Shown here: in pieces, positions 1 through 7,922 of the stretch
How the letters are laid out: every line of letters begins with the position of its first letter
Numbering within the stretch: the first letter of the stretch is position 1
Assembly: GCA_016930875.1 (NCBI GenBank)
Contig: JAFGFW010000014.1
Span: 15,338 to 79,337 of the forward strand
Origin: Deltaproteobacteria bacterium
GTDB lineage: Bacteria > Desulfobacterota > Desulfobacteria > Desulfobacterales > C00003060
DNA length: 64,000 bases
Reading direction: 5' to 3'
Translations under genes and position numbers: made by a program
Notes under the pieces: model-generated
Told to the model about the DNA's origin: nothing
The model's database searches: none
Seen by the model: the letters and a program-made list of their open reading frames with translations, nothing else

Positions 1-1
1 T

Positions 2-178
2 TCCGCCCTGTCTTTTCCTCTGCTTCTGCCCCTCATGATTACTGCCATCAAAGGATGTGAAAGGGCGGCCGTCGGCATGAACACGGCAGGCTGGCCCGAG
101 GTGAGGATCGCAGTTGCGTATGTGGTTATAATGATTATTATGTCATTGTTCTTGTTTCCGTTGATATGGGAAGAATAA
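2..178 (+). CDS. ccmB: CcmB-like haem exporter permease, C-terminal fragment (5' end outside window)
   Basis: Frame 2 is open from the window edge to TAA at 176-178. The translation ends in a hydrophobic tail (...LLLPLMITAI...VAYVVIMIIMSLFLFPLIWEE). It lies directly upstream of ccmC. The assignment rests mainly on synteny. Confidence 0.4.
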   Translation, partial: SALSFPLLLPLMITAIKGCERAAVGMNTAGWPEVRIAVAYVVIMIIMSLFLFPLIWEE

Positions 179-299
179 AAAAATGCCTTGTGGCTTGCCT
201 TCGGCGTCTCATTCTTGAAAGACCCGGCCAAAACCAAATTTGGCAATCACAGTTGATACCTTTCTTCGAAACGGGATTCCAGAATGACAGAATGCATCA

Positions 300-332
300 A
301 TTTTAGGCATTTTAGCTCATTTTAGGCATTTT
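300..332. repeat. Perfect 14-nt direct repeat ATTTTAGGCATTTT x2 (period 19) in the ccmB-ccmC spacer
   Basis: Copies at 300-313 and 319-332 are identical, separated by AGCTC. Confidence 0.8.
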
Positions 333-414
333 TCCTGTGCTATGAAACATACGATAGGCTTTGAAATAGATTCAAATTGACGGACCAAGACCTTAATCAA
401 TTGTTGTTTGGATT

Positions 415-1101
415 ATGATTTACAAAATCCTATTGGCCATCTGGATGGCTGTTATCATTGTGGCTGCCTTCTTTTTCACAGAAGCAGCTACCGGCTTCCC
501 CGGACAGACGTCCCGCATCTTGTTTTTTCATGTCCCCCAGGCATGGGTGGCCACGCTCTCATTTTTGTTGTCCATGATAGCAAGCGCCATGTACCTGGCC
601 AAACGCAATGTCAGGGCAGACTTCCTGGCCCTGTCCGCCGCAGAGTTGGGATTCCTGTTCTGCATACTCGCCACGGTGACTGGCTCCATATTTGCCAAAG
701 CCACCTGGGGCTCATTTTGGAACTGGGACCCACGTGAAACGAGCATCGTCATACTACTTATGATTTACGGGGCCTATTTTGCGCTCCGTTCTGCCGTGGC
801 TGATCCGGAGAAAAGGCGTGTGTTTGCCGGTGTGTATTCAATACTTGCCTTTGTTACGGTCCCCTTTCTGGTCTTTGTTGTTCCGCGGATCACAGCCTCA
901 CTCCATCCGGAAAATACAATGAACCCCGCAAGTCCCGGCATGGATCCCAAAACCTTAACAGTGTTTCTAGGCTCGTTATTTGCATACACGGGATTGTTTG
1001 TATGGATGCTCCGATTGAAGATGAGGATACTGAAAATTGAAGAATCGCGAATTCGGGAATTACGAATTGAGCAATTAAGGAAACACGGAGAGGGGCGATG
1101 A
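415..1101 (+). CDS. ccmC: Haem exporter protein CcmC (System I cytochrome c maturation)
   Basis: 228-aa polytopic membrane ORF with the Trp-rich WWD motif WGSFWNWDPRE. It is followed by ccmD/E/F. The competing ORF 408-737 in another frame is judged spurious. Confidence 0.9.
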   Translation: MIYKILLAIWMAVIIVAAFFFTEAATGFPGQTSRILFFHVPQAWVATLSFLLSMIASAMYLAKRNVRADFLALSAAELGFLFCILATVTGSIFAKATWGSFWNWDPRETSIVILLMIYGAYFALRSAVADPEKRRVFAGVYSILAFVTVPFLVFVVPRITASLHPENTMNPASPGMDPKTLTVFLGSLFAYTGLFVWMLRLKMRILKIEESRIRELRIEQLRKHGEGR

Positions 1102-1235
1102 AAGAAGGTCTCGGTTTTGTCATGGGGGTTAATCTGATTATATGGTGTGGCATAGCCTTTTACCTCTTCATCCTGGATCGAAAGATAAAGAGACTGGAAC
1201 AGGCGCCCAGAGATAGACAAATCAATGACAAATAA
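1098..1235 (+). CDS. ccmD: CcmD-like small membrane protein
   Basis: 45-codon ORF below the track cut-off: MKEGLGFVMGVNLIIWCGIAFYLFILDRKIKRLEQAPRDRQINDK. Its ATG overlaps the ccmC stop (ATGA). It has one TM helix plus a basic tail, in the expected position between ccmC and ccmE. Confidence 0.55.
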   Translation: MKEGLGFVMGVNLIIWCGIAFYLFILDRKIKRLEQAPRDRQINDK

Positions 1236-1421
1236 GGAATCTAAACAGTTGCAACAGGATTTAGGCGATTATCAGGTACGTATGCGCAGGTAATTTCCCG
1301 TCGCGGATTGCGTTTTCTGCCTTTCTTTTGGAAAGGCGGAAACCTAAAAAAATCCCTCAAATCCTGTCGATCCTGTTTAACAAACCGGCGAAGGCGAATA
1401 AATATGAATGAGCTGTAAAAC

Positions 1422-1805
1422 ATGCCAAAGAAATCTTACATCATCGGTGGAGTTATCATCGTACTGGCCATGGCCATGGCCATGTATTCCTTTAAATCAA
1501 CCTTGACCCCCTATGTGACCGTTGGCGAAGCCAAGGCAAGCAAGCGCCCGGTGCAGGTGGCAGGTATTGCGGTCAAGGGGACTGAAAGGTATGACTTGAA
1601 GACGAACAACTTTCTTTTTACGCTCCGCGAAGATGGCGGAGCTCAGATGCTGGTCGAATATGACGGGCCAAGGCCTGGAAATTTTGATGATGCAACCAAG
1701 GTCGTGGCCATTGGCAAATACGAACCAACGAAGCAGGTCTTTACGGCCAAAGAACTCTTGGTCAAATGTCCAACGAAATACGAAGGGCGAGTTAAAGGGG
1801 AATGA
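1422..1805 (+). CDS. ccmE: Haem chaperone CcmE, Cys-type (CxxxY) variant
   Basis: 127 aa with an N-terminal TM anchor (IIGGVIIVLAMAMAMY) and an OB-fold-sized periplasmic domain. The C-terminal haem-binding site reads VKCPTKYEG (C116-x3-Y120) instead of the canonical HxxxY. Confidence 0.85.
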   Translation: MPKKSYIIGGVIIVLAMAMAMYSFKSTLTPYVTVGEAKASKRPVQVAGIAVKGTERYDLKTNNFLFTLREDGGAQMLVEYDGPRPGNFDDATKVVAIGKYEPTKQVFTAKELLVKCPTKYEGRVKGE

Positions 1806-4063
1806 GTAATTTGGGTCAAGTTACGATGTGGTTGGGACTTATTGCAATTGGCATATCATCGGTATGCTACGCGGTTGTGGTTTCCGGAAAAGACAGTGAA
1901 GTAGCCAAAAATGCAGCAAGGCTAAGTTTCGTCGCCTTTTCCGTTTTTGTGACCATCGCATCCATGCTTTTGATGCATTTCATACTCAACCATGAGTTTG
2001 TGTACAGTTATGTGGCTAGATATTCGTCCCGTGATCTTTCTTTGGAATATTTGGTCAGCTCTTTCTGGGCAGGGCAGGAGGGTAGTTTCCTCCTATGGGT
2101 GCTGCTTGGGGCCTGGTTGGGTATATTTCTTATGTTTAGGGCCAGAAACATGGAACCCCATGTCATGCTCATCTACAACCTGAACAACGTCTTCCTGATG
2201 ATTCTCTTGATCAAGCAAAGCCCATTTCATATGCTCCCCCTTCCTCCTCCTGACGGCAACGGACTCAACATGCTCTTACAGGATCCCTGGATGGTTATCC
2301 ATCCGCCCATAGTATTTCTGGGTTACGCTGCCTTTACTATACCCTTTGCCTATGCCGTGTCTGCCCTGTGGCGAAGAGAATATGATGCTTGGATCAAGCC
2401 TGCCTTACCCTGGACGGCTTTTGCCTTCGTTAGCCTGGGCGCCGGCATCATCATCGGCGGATACTGGTCCTATAAGGTGCTGGGATGGGGTGGCTATTGG
2501 GGTTGGGATCCGGTGGAAAATGCCTCTCTGTTACCGTGGCTGGCGGGCATGGCATTGATGCATGGCATGATTTTGCAGAAGACGCGAGGCAAATTGCGAA
2601 AAACAAACTTTATGTTGGCCGCCTTCTCGTTTCTTCTGGTTATCTACTGTACGTTTCTCACCAGATCCGGCGTCCTGGCTGATTTTTCCGTTCATTCTTT
2701 CGTAGATCTTGGCATCACCGGCTGGCTGGTCATCTTCATGTTCGCCTTTATCGCCATTTCCATTTTTCTTTTCGTGACCAGGGCCAAGGAGATCCCCGTA
2801 TCCAAAAAGGGGGAAAACCCGAGCTACTTCTCAAGAGAATTCGGCCTTATTGCCGCCATGATCCTCCTTTGTCTCTCTACCCTTGTAACCGGCCTGGGCA
2901 CGTCCGCGCCTCTCATAACCAGAATGCTCGAACAGGCATCAAAGGTGTCAACAGAGTTTTACGTAAATACGAATCTGCCGCTGGCGCTTTTTATGTTACT
3001 CCTTTTGAGCTTTGTCCCATTGATGGCCTGGGGTAAAAACAGCTTTTCAAAAGTCGGCGCCAAGGCAAAGTGGGCTGGAGCGGGGGCTGTAGTCGCCTTG
3101 GTAATCACACTGCTAAACGGTTATCCAGACATGGAAGCGCCGCTTCTTTCACTGGGTGTATTACTCCTTTCAATACTTGGCGGCGCAGTAACAGGCATGA
3201 ATCTTTTGCTGGCCACAAAACTCATCAGAAAAAAAATCACCATTTCAAGCGGCGCTATTGCCCATCTTGGGGTAGGCTTGATGTTTCTCGGTATTGTGGC
3301 CTCGTCTGCCTATGACAGGTCGGAAAAGCTGCTACTACCACAGGACACGGTCAAAAGCGTCCTTGGCTATGAGATTATGCTCAATGGTCCCCAATTCTCA
3401 AGAGAAGGCAAAGGGATGCGCCTCCACTTTCCTTTAGATATCAAAAGAAGGGAATCTCAGTTTACTGCCAAACCTGACATCTATTCTGAGCGAGGGCGAG
3501 GCGGCAAAATGCAACGTTTTACCCATCCCCATATCCGCAAGGGACTCATGTCCGACCTATATATTTCACCACTGGACTTTGAACCTGGTCAAGAGAAGGG
3601 TTCAGGAAATTCCCTCGATCTAAAAAGGGGAAACAAAATCGCCTTTCATGACTACGAACTTGAATTTACGGGTTTTGATGTGTCAGGCATGATGGGACAG
3701 GACGCCCGGAATATGACAGTGGGAGCAAATATTGTTGCTTCCTACAAAGGCGACGACCGCGCAACCTTGAAACCGGTCATAACCATGAGCAAGAAACATG
3801 GCCCATCTAGCCCATCCAGCCGTGTAAAACTGCCGGGACCGGATGATGCATATCTGACCCTTGAAAGAATAGACGCAGGCGCCAAGACTATAGGCCTTGT
3901 TTACGAAGGCCCCGGATCTGCCTCGGAAAAAAGCGCTGAGAAGAGCCCCCCCGCCGTCATTGCAGAGGTTAGCATCAAACCCGGCATGACCGTCCTGTGG
4001 CTTGGGACTTTCCTGATCCTTGTGGGAGGCAGCATTGCAGTTGTTCGCCGCTGGCCGAAGTAA
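1802..4063 (+). CDS. ccmF: Cytochrome c haem lyase subunit CcmF
   Basis: 753-aa polytopic membrane protein with WWD motif WGGYWGWDPVENASLLPW. The start overlaps the ccmE stop (ATGA). Confidence 0.9.
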   Translation: MSNLGQVTMWLGLIAIGISSVCYAVVVSGKDSEVAKNAARLSFVAFSVFVTIASMLLMHFILNHEFVYSYVARYSSRDLSLEYLVSSFWAGQEGSFLLWVLLGAWLGIFLMFRARNMEPHVMLIYNLNNVFLMILLIKQSPFHMLPLPPPDGNGLNMLLQDPWMVIHPPIVFLGYAAFTIPFAYAVSALWRREYDAWIKPALPWTAFAFVSLGAGIIIGGYWSYKVLGWGGYWGWDPVENASLLPWLAGMALMHGMILQKTRGKLRKTNFMLAAFSFLLVIYCTFLTRSGVLADFSVHSFVDLGITGWLVIFMFAFIAISIFLFVTRAKEIPVSKKGENPSYFSREFGLIAAMILLCLSTLVTGLGTSAPLITRMLEQASKVSTEFYVNTNLPLALFMLLLLSFVPLMAWGKNSFSKVGAKAKWAGAGAVVALVITLLNGYPDMEAPLLSLGVLLLSILGGAVTGMNLLLATKLIRKKITISSGAIAHLGVGLMFLGIVASSAYDRSEKLLLPQDTVKSVLGYEIMLNGPQFSREGKGMRLHFPLDIKRRESQFTAKPDIYSERGRGGKMQRFTHPHIRKGLMSDLYISPLDFEPGQEKGSGNSLDLKRGNKIAFHDYELEFTGFDVSGMMGQDARNMTVGANIVASYKGDDRATLKPVITMSKKHGPSSPSSRVKLPGPDDAYLTLERIDAGAKTIGLVYEGPGSASEKSAEKSPPAVIAEVSIKPGMTVLWLGTFLILVGGSIAVVRRWPK

Positions 4064-4114
4064 CCTCAAAAACCTATCAACGACGTTCTCATTTCTCCTG
4101 GCTATCGGCCGATG

Positions 4115-5259
4115 CTACTGTCCATCCTTGCTTGTATGGCAGATAAAACAGCCCGTGCCGTCAGCCCCGCCGCCACCGGCAATCATGTCATCTTTGTAAT
4201 TCCACCTGAGCATGTCATCATAAGGACTCCCGTGGGCCACGTGGCAAGAAAGACACATGACCATGTCCTCACCTTCGCCCAAATACACCATGCTGTCTGC
4301 ATCATTCCAATCAAAAGTACCACCACTTGTGGGTCGAGCTACGGGCAGCATGGGATCATAGGTGCCTGTGCCAGACGACCCATCCGCTCCAAAGGCAAAG
4401 GCGTACTCTCCAGAGTTCGGTATCCTAACATCCGAGGGGTGCCTGAGCCACCTTCCGGATCCGTCCGATTGCTCGTTTTGCATATGGAAATCACCGTGAC
4501 AACCGCAGCAGAAAGCTGTCATCGTATTGCCAAGGCCACCAAAAGCAGTAGTGCTGTCCAGGCTGGTTTCGTTACCCAAATACTCATTGTGGTTGGAAGC
4601 AGTAGCGCCATAATTCCACTTCTCATGTTCAATCCCGGCAACACCGTTGAGATTCCCCCCTTGATGCCCTTGAAGGAAGCGGTACCAACCTTCATCCGCA
4701 GTGTCCACCACGGTGTCTGAGTCATCAGCATGATGAAAACCTTTGGGGCCATCAGTATCTGACACCATGTGGCACCCAGTGCAACCCTGCCTGTCAGCCA
4801 AACCCGTATAACCATCAACGTAGGTGGCGTGAAGGTTATTGTGACAGGAGTCAGTGCCGCACCCAGTACCCCAACTTCTCCCAGGAGCACCCTCAAGCAA
4901 ACCCTCATCCGGATTATCGGAAAACACATTGTGTCCTTTGGCATCATCACCCTGGCCCACCCACCAGAAATTCCCGCCGGCCAGGGTGTTAGTACCAAAG
5001 CTCGGCAGACCTGTGTCGGACATGACGTAAGGAACGGTGTTGTTGCCGTCATTGGTCCCGGTGTGGCATCCCACGCAGGTATTTGGACGCTATACGGCCC
5101 CCCTGAGGCCACATCAGCCCCTCCCTGGCTTGTTTTGTTATGCATGGTGTGGCAGTTGTCACAACGACCTGTAACTTTAGCCCACACGGAATCGGAGGGA
5201 AGGGCCGTCAACCCCAATGCAGCAAAAACTGCTACAAGAACCCTCACGCTTTTTCTCAT
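4115..5259 (-). pseudogene. OmcS-like multihaem cytochrome c, interrupted by a 1-nt frameshift (pseudogene or assembly indel)
   Basis: The N-terminal part is in the frame of ORF 4519-5274 (MRKSVRVLVAVFAALGLTALPSDSVWA|KVTGRCDNCHTMHNKTSQGG...GGPYSVQ). It continues in the frame of ORF 4115-5074 (..TCVGCHTGTNDG...MCLSCHVAHG...CFICHTSKDGQ). The second frame is closed by TAG at 5090-5092, so the switch must occur in 5078-5089. Adding one A to the AAA run restores ...SVQNTCVGCH. The joined product would carry 6 CxxCH motifs plus one CGTDSCH. Confidence 0.75.
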
Positions 5260-5329
5260 AACAAACACGATCAACTCAATGAAATGTTATTGGAAAGCAG
5301 GGAACCAATTGGGAACCTCAACGACTATC

Positions 5330-5370
5330 AAAAAAAAGCGTGGAGCAAGCACGCGAGCTTCTCTCCACGC
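5330..5370 (-). terminator. Rho-independent terminator downstream of the 5431-6492 cytochrome gene
   Basis: On the minus strand: GCGTGGAG-(17 nt)-CTCCACGC followed by T8. Confidence 0.75.
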
Positions 5371-5430
5371 ATCGAACATATCTAAAATTCTAGCAAGGGA
5401 TTACCGCTTTAAGCTCTCGGCCGCCTTTTA

Positions 5431-6492
5431 TTATGGCTTTTCCCTTTGCTTGTCATGGCATCCAAGACAACCTGTAGTGACTGAGCCACTGCCTGCCTCC
5501 TGTGCGGCATAGTCGAATCTCAGGATGTCGTTGTACTCAGAGCCATGGGCCCTATGACACGAAAGGCATGTAACATAGACGCTCAACGCGCCACCACCAC
5601 CGGTACCTGGGTCTGCAGCATCAACCATTCCCACGGGATTAAATTTCCAATCATTTTCATCATATTCGCCAGCCGTTCCGGGAATCTCCCAGTCCGCCGG
5701 AAGCGCCTCATCCGTAGGGTGCCTTATCCACGCGCCTGCAGCATTCTTTGTATCCCCCACGTCAACGCCGTGAAAATTTCCATGGCACTTCCCGCACAAC
5801 TCACTGATAGAGGCCTCGTCCGCAGCGGTCTGGTCAGCACTATATAAGTTATGGTAATCATCACTCGAAGGAGCATCATTTAAAGCCTCTTCATAATCGT
5901 TATCACCACCAGTACCATTTCCTATAACCTCTTCACCATCAACTCCAAGAAGCCGATAACCCAACTCAGTGTTGTTCCCGTGATGTCCACCTGAAATGGC
6001 TTCCGCCTCATCAGTAGTGTCTTCGGTGCCATGGCATCCAGCTGAACCGGCACACGTTAAACCGCCTGAAAGGGCCTCATCACCCGTGTACCAATCGGAG
6101 GAAAGTTCAGTGCCATCATAACCGGCAGGTTCCTCTAGGGATCCATATGTGTGACTATTGTCGTTATGGTCTCCCCCGCCATCCGTAAAGTACCCGCCTG
6201 CAAGGTAGTTGTTGGGTGTTCCAGCCATCTTCACAAATGGGTACCCGTTGGAAGAAGGGTCACTGCCGGTTGTTGTGTGACATCCTAAACACGTATCCAC
6301 CAGCAAGGAACCTATTTCAGTATCATAAGGCCTATTTACCCAGGTAGCGTGGAGCGTACCTCCTTGACTGCTGTGCATGGTGTGACAGTCGACACACGGA
6401 CCCTGGACCTGTGCCACGGCTGGGCCAGAACACATTACAACGAAGACTACTGCCCCCAATAAGATTGTTAACCTAAACATTGTCTTTCTCAT
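5431..6492 (-). CDS. OmcS-like hexahaem c-type cytochrome (secreted)
   Basis: Start moved to ATG 6492 (MRKTMFRLTILLGAVVFVV...AVA|QVQGPC), which has a GGAGGAGG Shine-Dalgarno (SD) ribosome-binding motif just upstream. Haem motifs are CVDCH, CLGCH, CGKCH, CLSCH and CLGCH, plus atypical CAGSAGCH. The blocks CxxCHTMHSSQGG, [28 protein letters not shown] and terminal CLGCHDK parallel Geobacter OmcS as I recall it. Confidence 0.8.
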   Translation of the reverse strand: MRKTMFRLTILLGAVVFVVMCSGPAVAQVQGPCVDCHTMHSSQGGTLHATWVNRPYDTEIGSLLVDTCLGCHTTTGSDPSSNGYPFVKMAGTPNNYLAGGYFTDGGGDHNDNSHTYGSLEEPAGYDGTELSSDWYTGDEALSGGLTCAGSAGCHGTEDTTDEAEAISGGHHGNNTELGYRLLGVDGEEVIGNGTGGDNDYEEALNDAPSSDDYHNLYSADQTAADEASISELCGKCHGNFHGVDVGDTKNAAGAWIRHPTDEALPADWEIPGTAGEYDENDWKFNPVGMVDAADPGTGGGGALSVYVTCLSCHRAHGSEYNDILRFDYAAQEAGSGSVTTGCLGCHDKQREKP

Positions 6493-6589
6493 TCCTCGCA
6501 CCTCCTCCTTTCCATTTCCTGTAAACTCCTGAATCGTTAAGCTGTCCCAAAACTGTTTCTTACATAACGAGATAACATCATGTATCATC

Positions 6590-6604
6590 GCAGCATCCGT
6601 GCCA
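6590..6604 (-). promoter_or_regulatory. Candidate sigma-54 (-24/-12) promoter for the 5431-6492 cytochrome gene
   Basis: The minus strand reads TGGCAC-GGATG-CTGC with correct GG-N10-GC spacing, about 100 nt upstream of the ATG at 6492. Confidence 0.5.
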
Positions 6605-6764
6605 ACGAAGTCACAATCGGTAAATATTGCGATATTGCAATTCAATCAATAAATTACAAGCCCTTAACAACGCGGACACAATGTGACATTGAACAAAAAG
6701 TGGAAAGAAAGTGCCACTTTATGGGAACCCTTTTTCACTCATTGTGTGAAAAAAGTTCCTCATC

Positions 6765-6796
6765 AAAAAAGCCGGACCACGTTCACGCAGTCCGGC
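6765..6796 (-). terminator. Rho-independent terminator downstream of the dodecahaem gene pair
   Basis: On the minus strand: AGCCGGAC-(12 nt)-GTCCGGCT followed by T6. Confidence 0.8.
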
Positions 6797-6922
6797 TGTC
6801 CTTATCCTCAAGCCCCTGACCCTCCGTCTCCCGATCACTCGGGATTTGGCTTTGCACAAACGTCAGACTCCCGAGCCGTAACTTCAGGCCACTCGGCTCA
6901 CTTTCCTTGCACGTGCACCTTG

Positions 6923-7888
6923 TCACATCAACAGATCATGGGCGATGCCGTGGCAATCCCGGCAGTTTGTAGCCTTCATGGCCTTGGGATGAGGCTCCCC
7001 GTGGCACATGCCGCAAGCCGGAATCTCTGCGTGACTCCGATGGCAGTCAGCGCACGTGACAGCCGTATGCTTGGTCACCTTCTTTTGCAGCAAGTCGTTT
7101 ACGTCTTCATGGCACCCTGCGCAAATGGCCGACTCTGTGGTCTTGTCATAGGCTATCTGTGTTGGTTTGTGTACAGGATGGCACGTCATGCAGTCCTTTG
7201 TGGCCAACTCCACCGCAGGGCTGTGGGATTCATGGCAGACGCTGCACTCAGGGATGAACCCGTGTTTGTCGGCATGGCAGTCAGCGCAGGCCACATCGCT
7301 TGTATGCTTGCTAGGGAAGTTCTCTATTTCACCGCCCTCTTTTGTGTGGCAAAGGGCGCAGGATGCCTCGACCTCGGCCATAGGAATGACTAGCGGCTTA
7401 TGGGGATCAATATGGCAAGTCAGACAAGGGGTCAATACCTTTTGATCTCCGTGGAACGCCCCGCCGCTGGCGCTCTTGTGGCACCAGGCGCAGTCAGGCA
7501 TGATCTGGTCATAGTTTTGCTTGCGGGGATTGTAGATATGGTACTCTCTGTGGCAGCGCACGCAGTCAATCTGGTGCCTGGCTCCTTCTTTCTTGATGGT
7601 CTGAAAAATCGAGAAATGACACTGACCGCACTCCACCGTGGTAAGGGGCTTTACCTCCATCTGATAAGGCGACATCTGGGCTTTGGAGGCAGCCTCTCTT
7701 GCCTCTGCTGACGGCGGCCCCACCATGTCTTGGAGGGCCACGGTGGCCGTCCCAAAACGTATCCCCTCATTGCTTTCAAAAGCGCCAATCAAGACGATGA
7801 TCAAAATGATCAACACGATACCGATAAAACCTGCAATCCATTTTGAACTCTTCATAATTGTACCCGTCCTAGCCATTCTCTCGATCAA
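6923..7888 (-). CDS. Membrane-tethered dodecahaem c-type cytochrome (3 x tetrahaem modules)
   Basis: 321 aa. The start is uncertain (TTG at 7888, or ATG at 7855 giving MKSSKW...). It has a single N-terminal hydrophobic helix, WIAGFIGIVLIILIIVLIGAF. There are 12 CxxCH motifs: CGQCH, CVRCH, CAWCH, CLTCH, CALCH, CADCH, CSVCH, CMTCH, CAGCH, CADCH, CGMCH, CRDCH. It ends in CHGIAHDLLM. Confidence 0.85.
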   Translation of the reverse strand: MIERMARTGTIMKSSKWIAGFIGIVLIILIIVLIGAFESNEGIRFGTATVALQDMVGPPSAEAREAASKAQMSPYQMEVKPLTTVECGQCHFSIFQTIKKEGARHQIDCVRCHREYHIYNPRKQNYDQIMPDCAWCHKSASGGAFHGDQKVLTPCLTCHIDPHKPLVIPMAEVEASCALCHTKEGGEIENFPSKHTSDVACADCHADKHGFIPECSVCHESHSPAVELATKDCMTCHPVHKPTQIAYDKTTESAICAGCHEDVNDLLQKKVTKHTAVTCADCHRSHAEIPACGMCHGEPHPKAMKATNCRDCHGIAHDLLM

Positions 7889-7922
7889 TTGTTACCGGCA
7901 GAACCCCCGGATCAACTATTAT

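Noticed and set aside
408-737. Alternative 109-aa ORF overlapping the start of ccmC
   Set aside because: It is in a different frame from the WWD-motif-containing CcmC ORF and gives a non-membrane, low-complexity translation.
5075-5092. Programmed -1 ribosomal frameshift as the explanation for the split OmcS-like gene
   Set aside because: The required -1 shift would occur at GUC CAA AUA. This is not an X XXY YYZ slippery heptamer, and I saw no obvious downstream pseudoknot or hairpin. A 1-nt deletion in an A-run, or an assembly indel, is simpler.
4112-5512. Long plus-strand ORFs (4112-4720, 4769-5512, 5545-5847) opposite the OmcS-like genes
   Set aside because: They are antisense to genes with clear haem motifs and signal peptides. 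They have no SD motif, no recognisable domains and low-complexity translations, so they are typical shadow ORFs.
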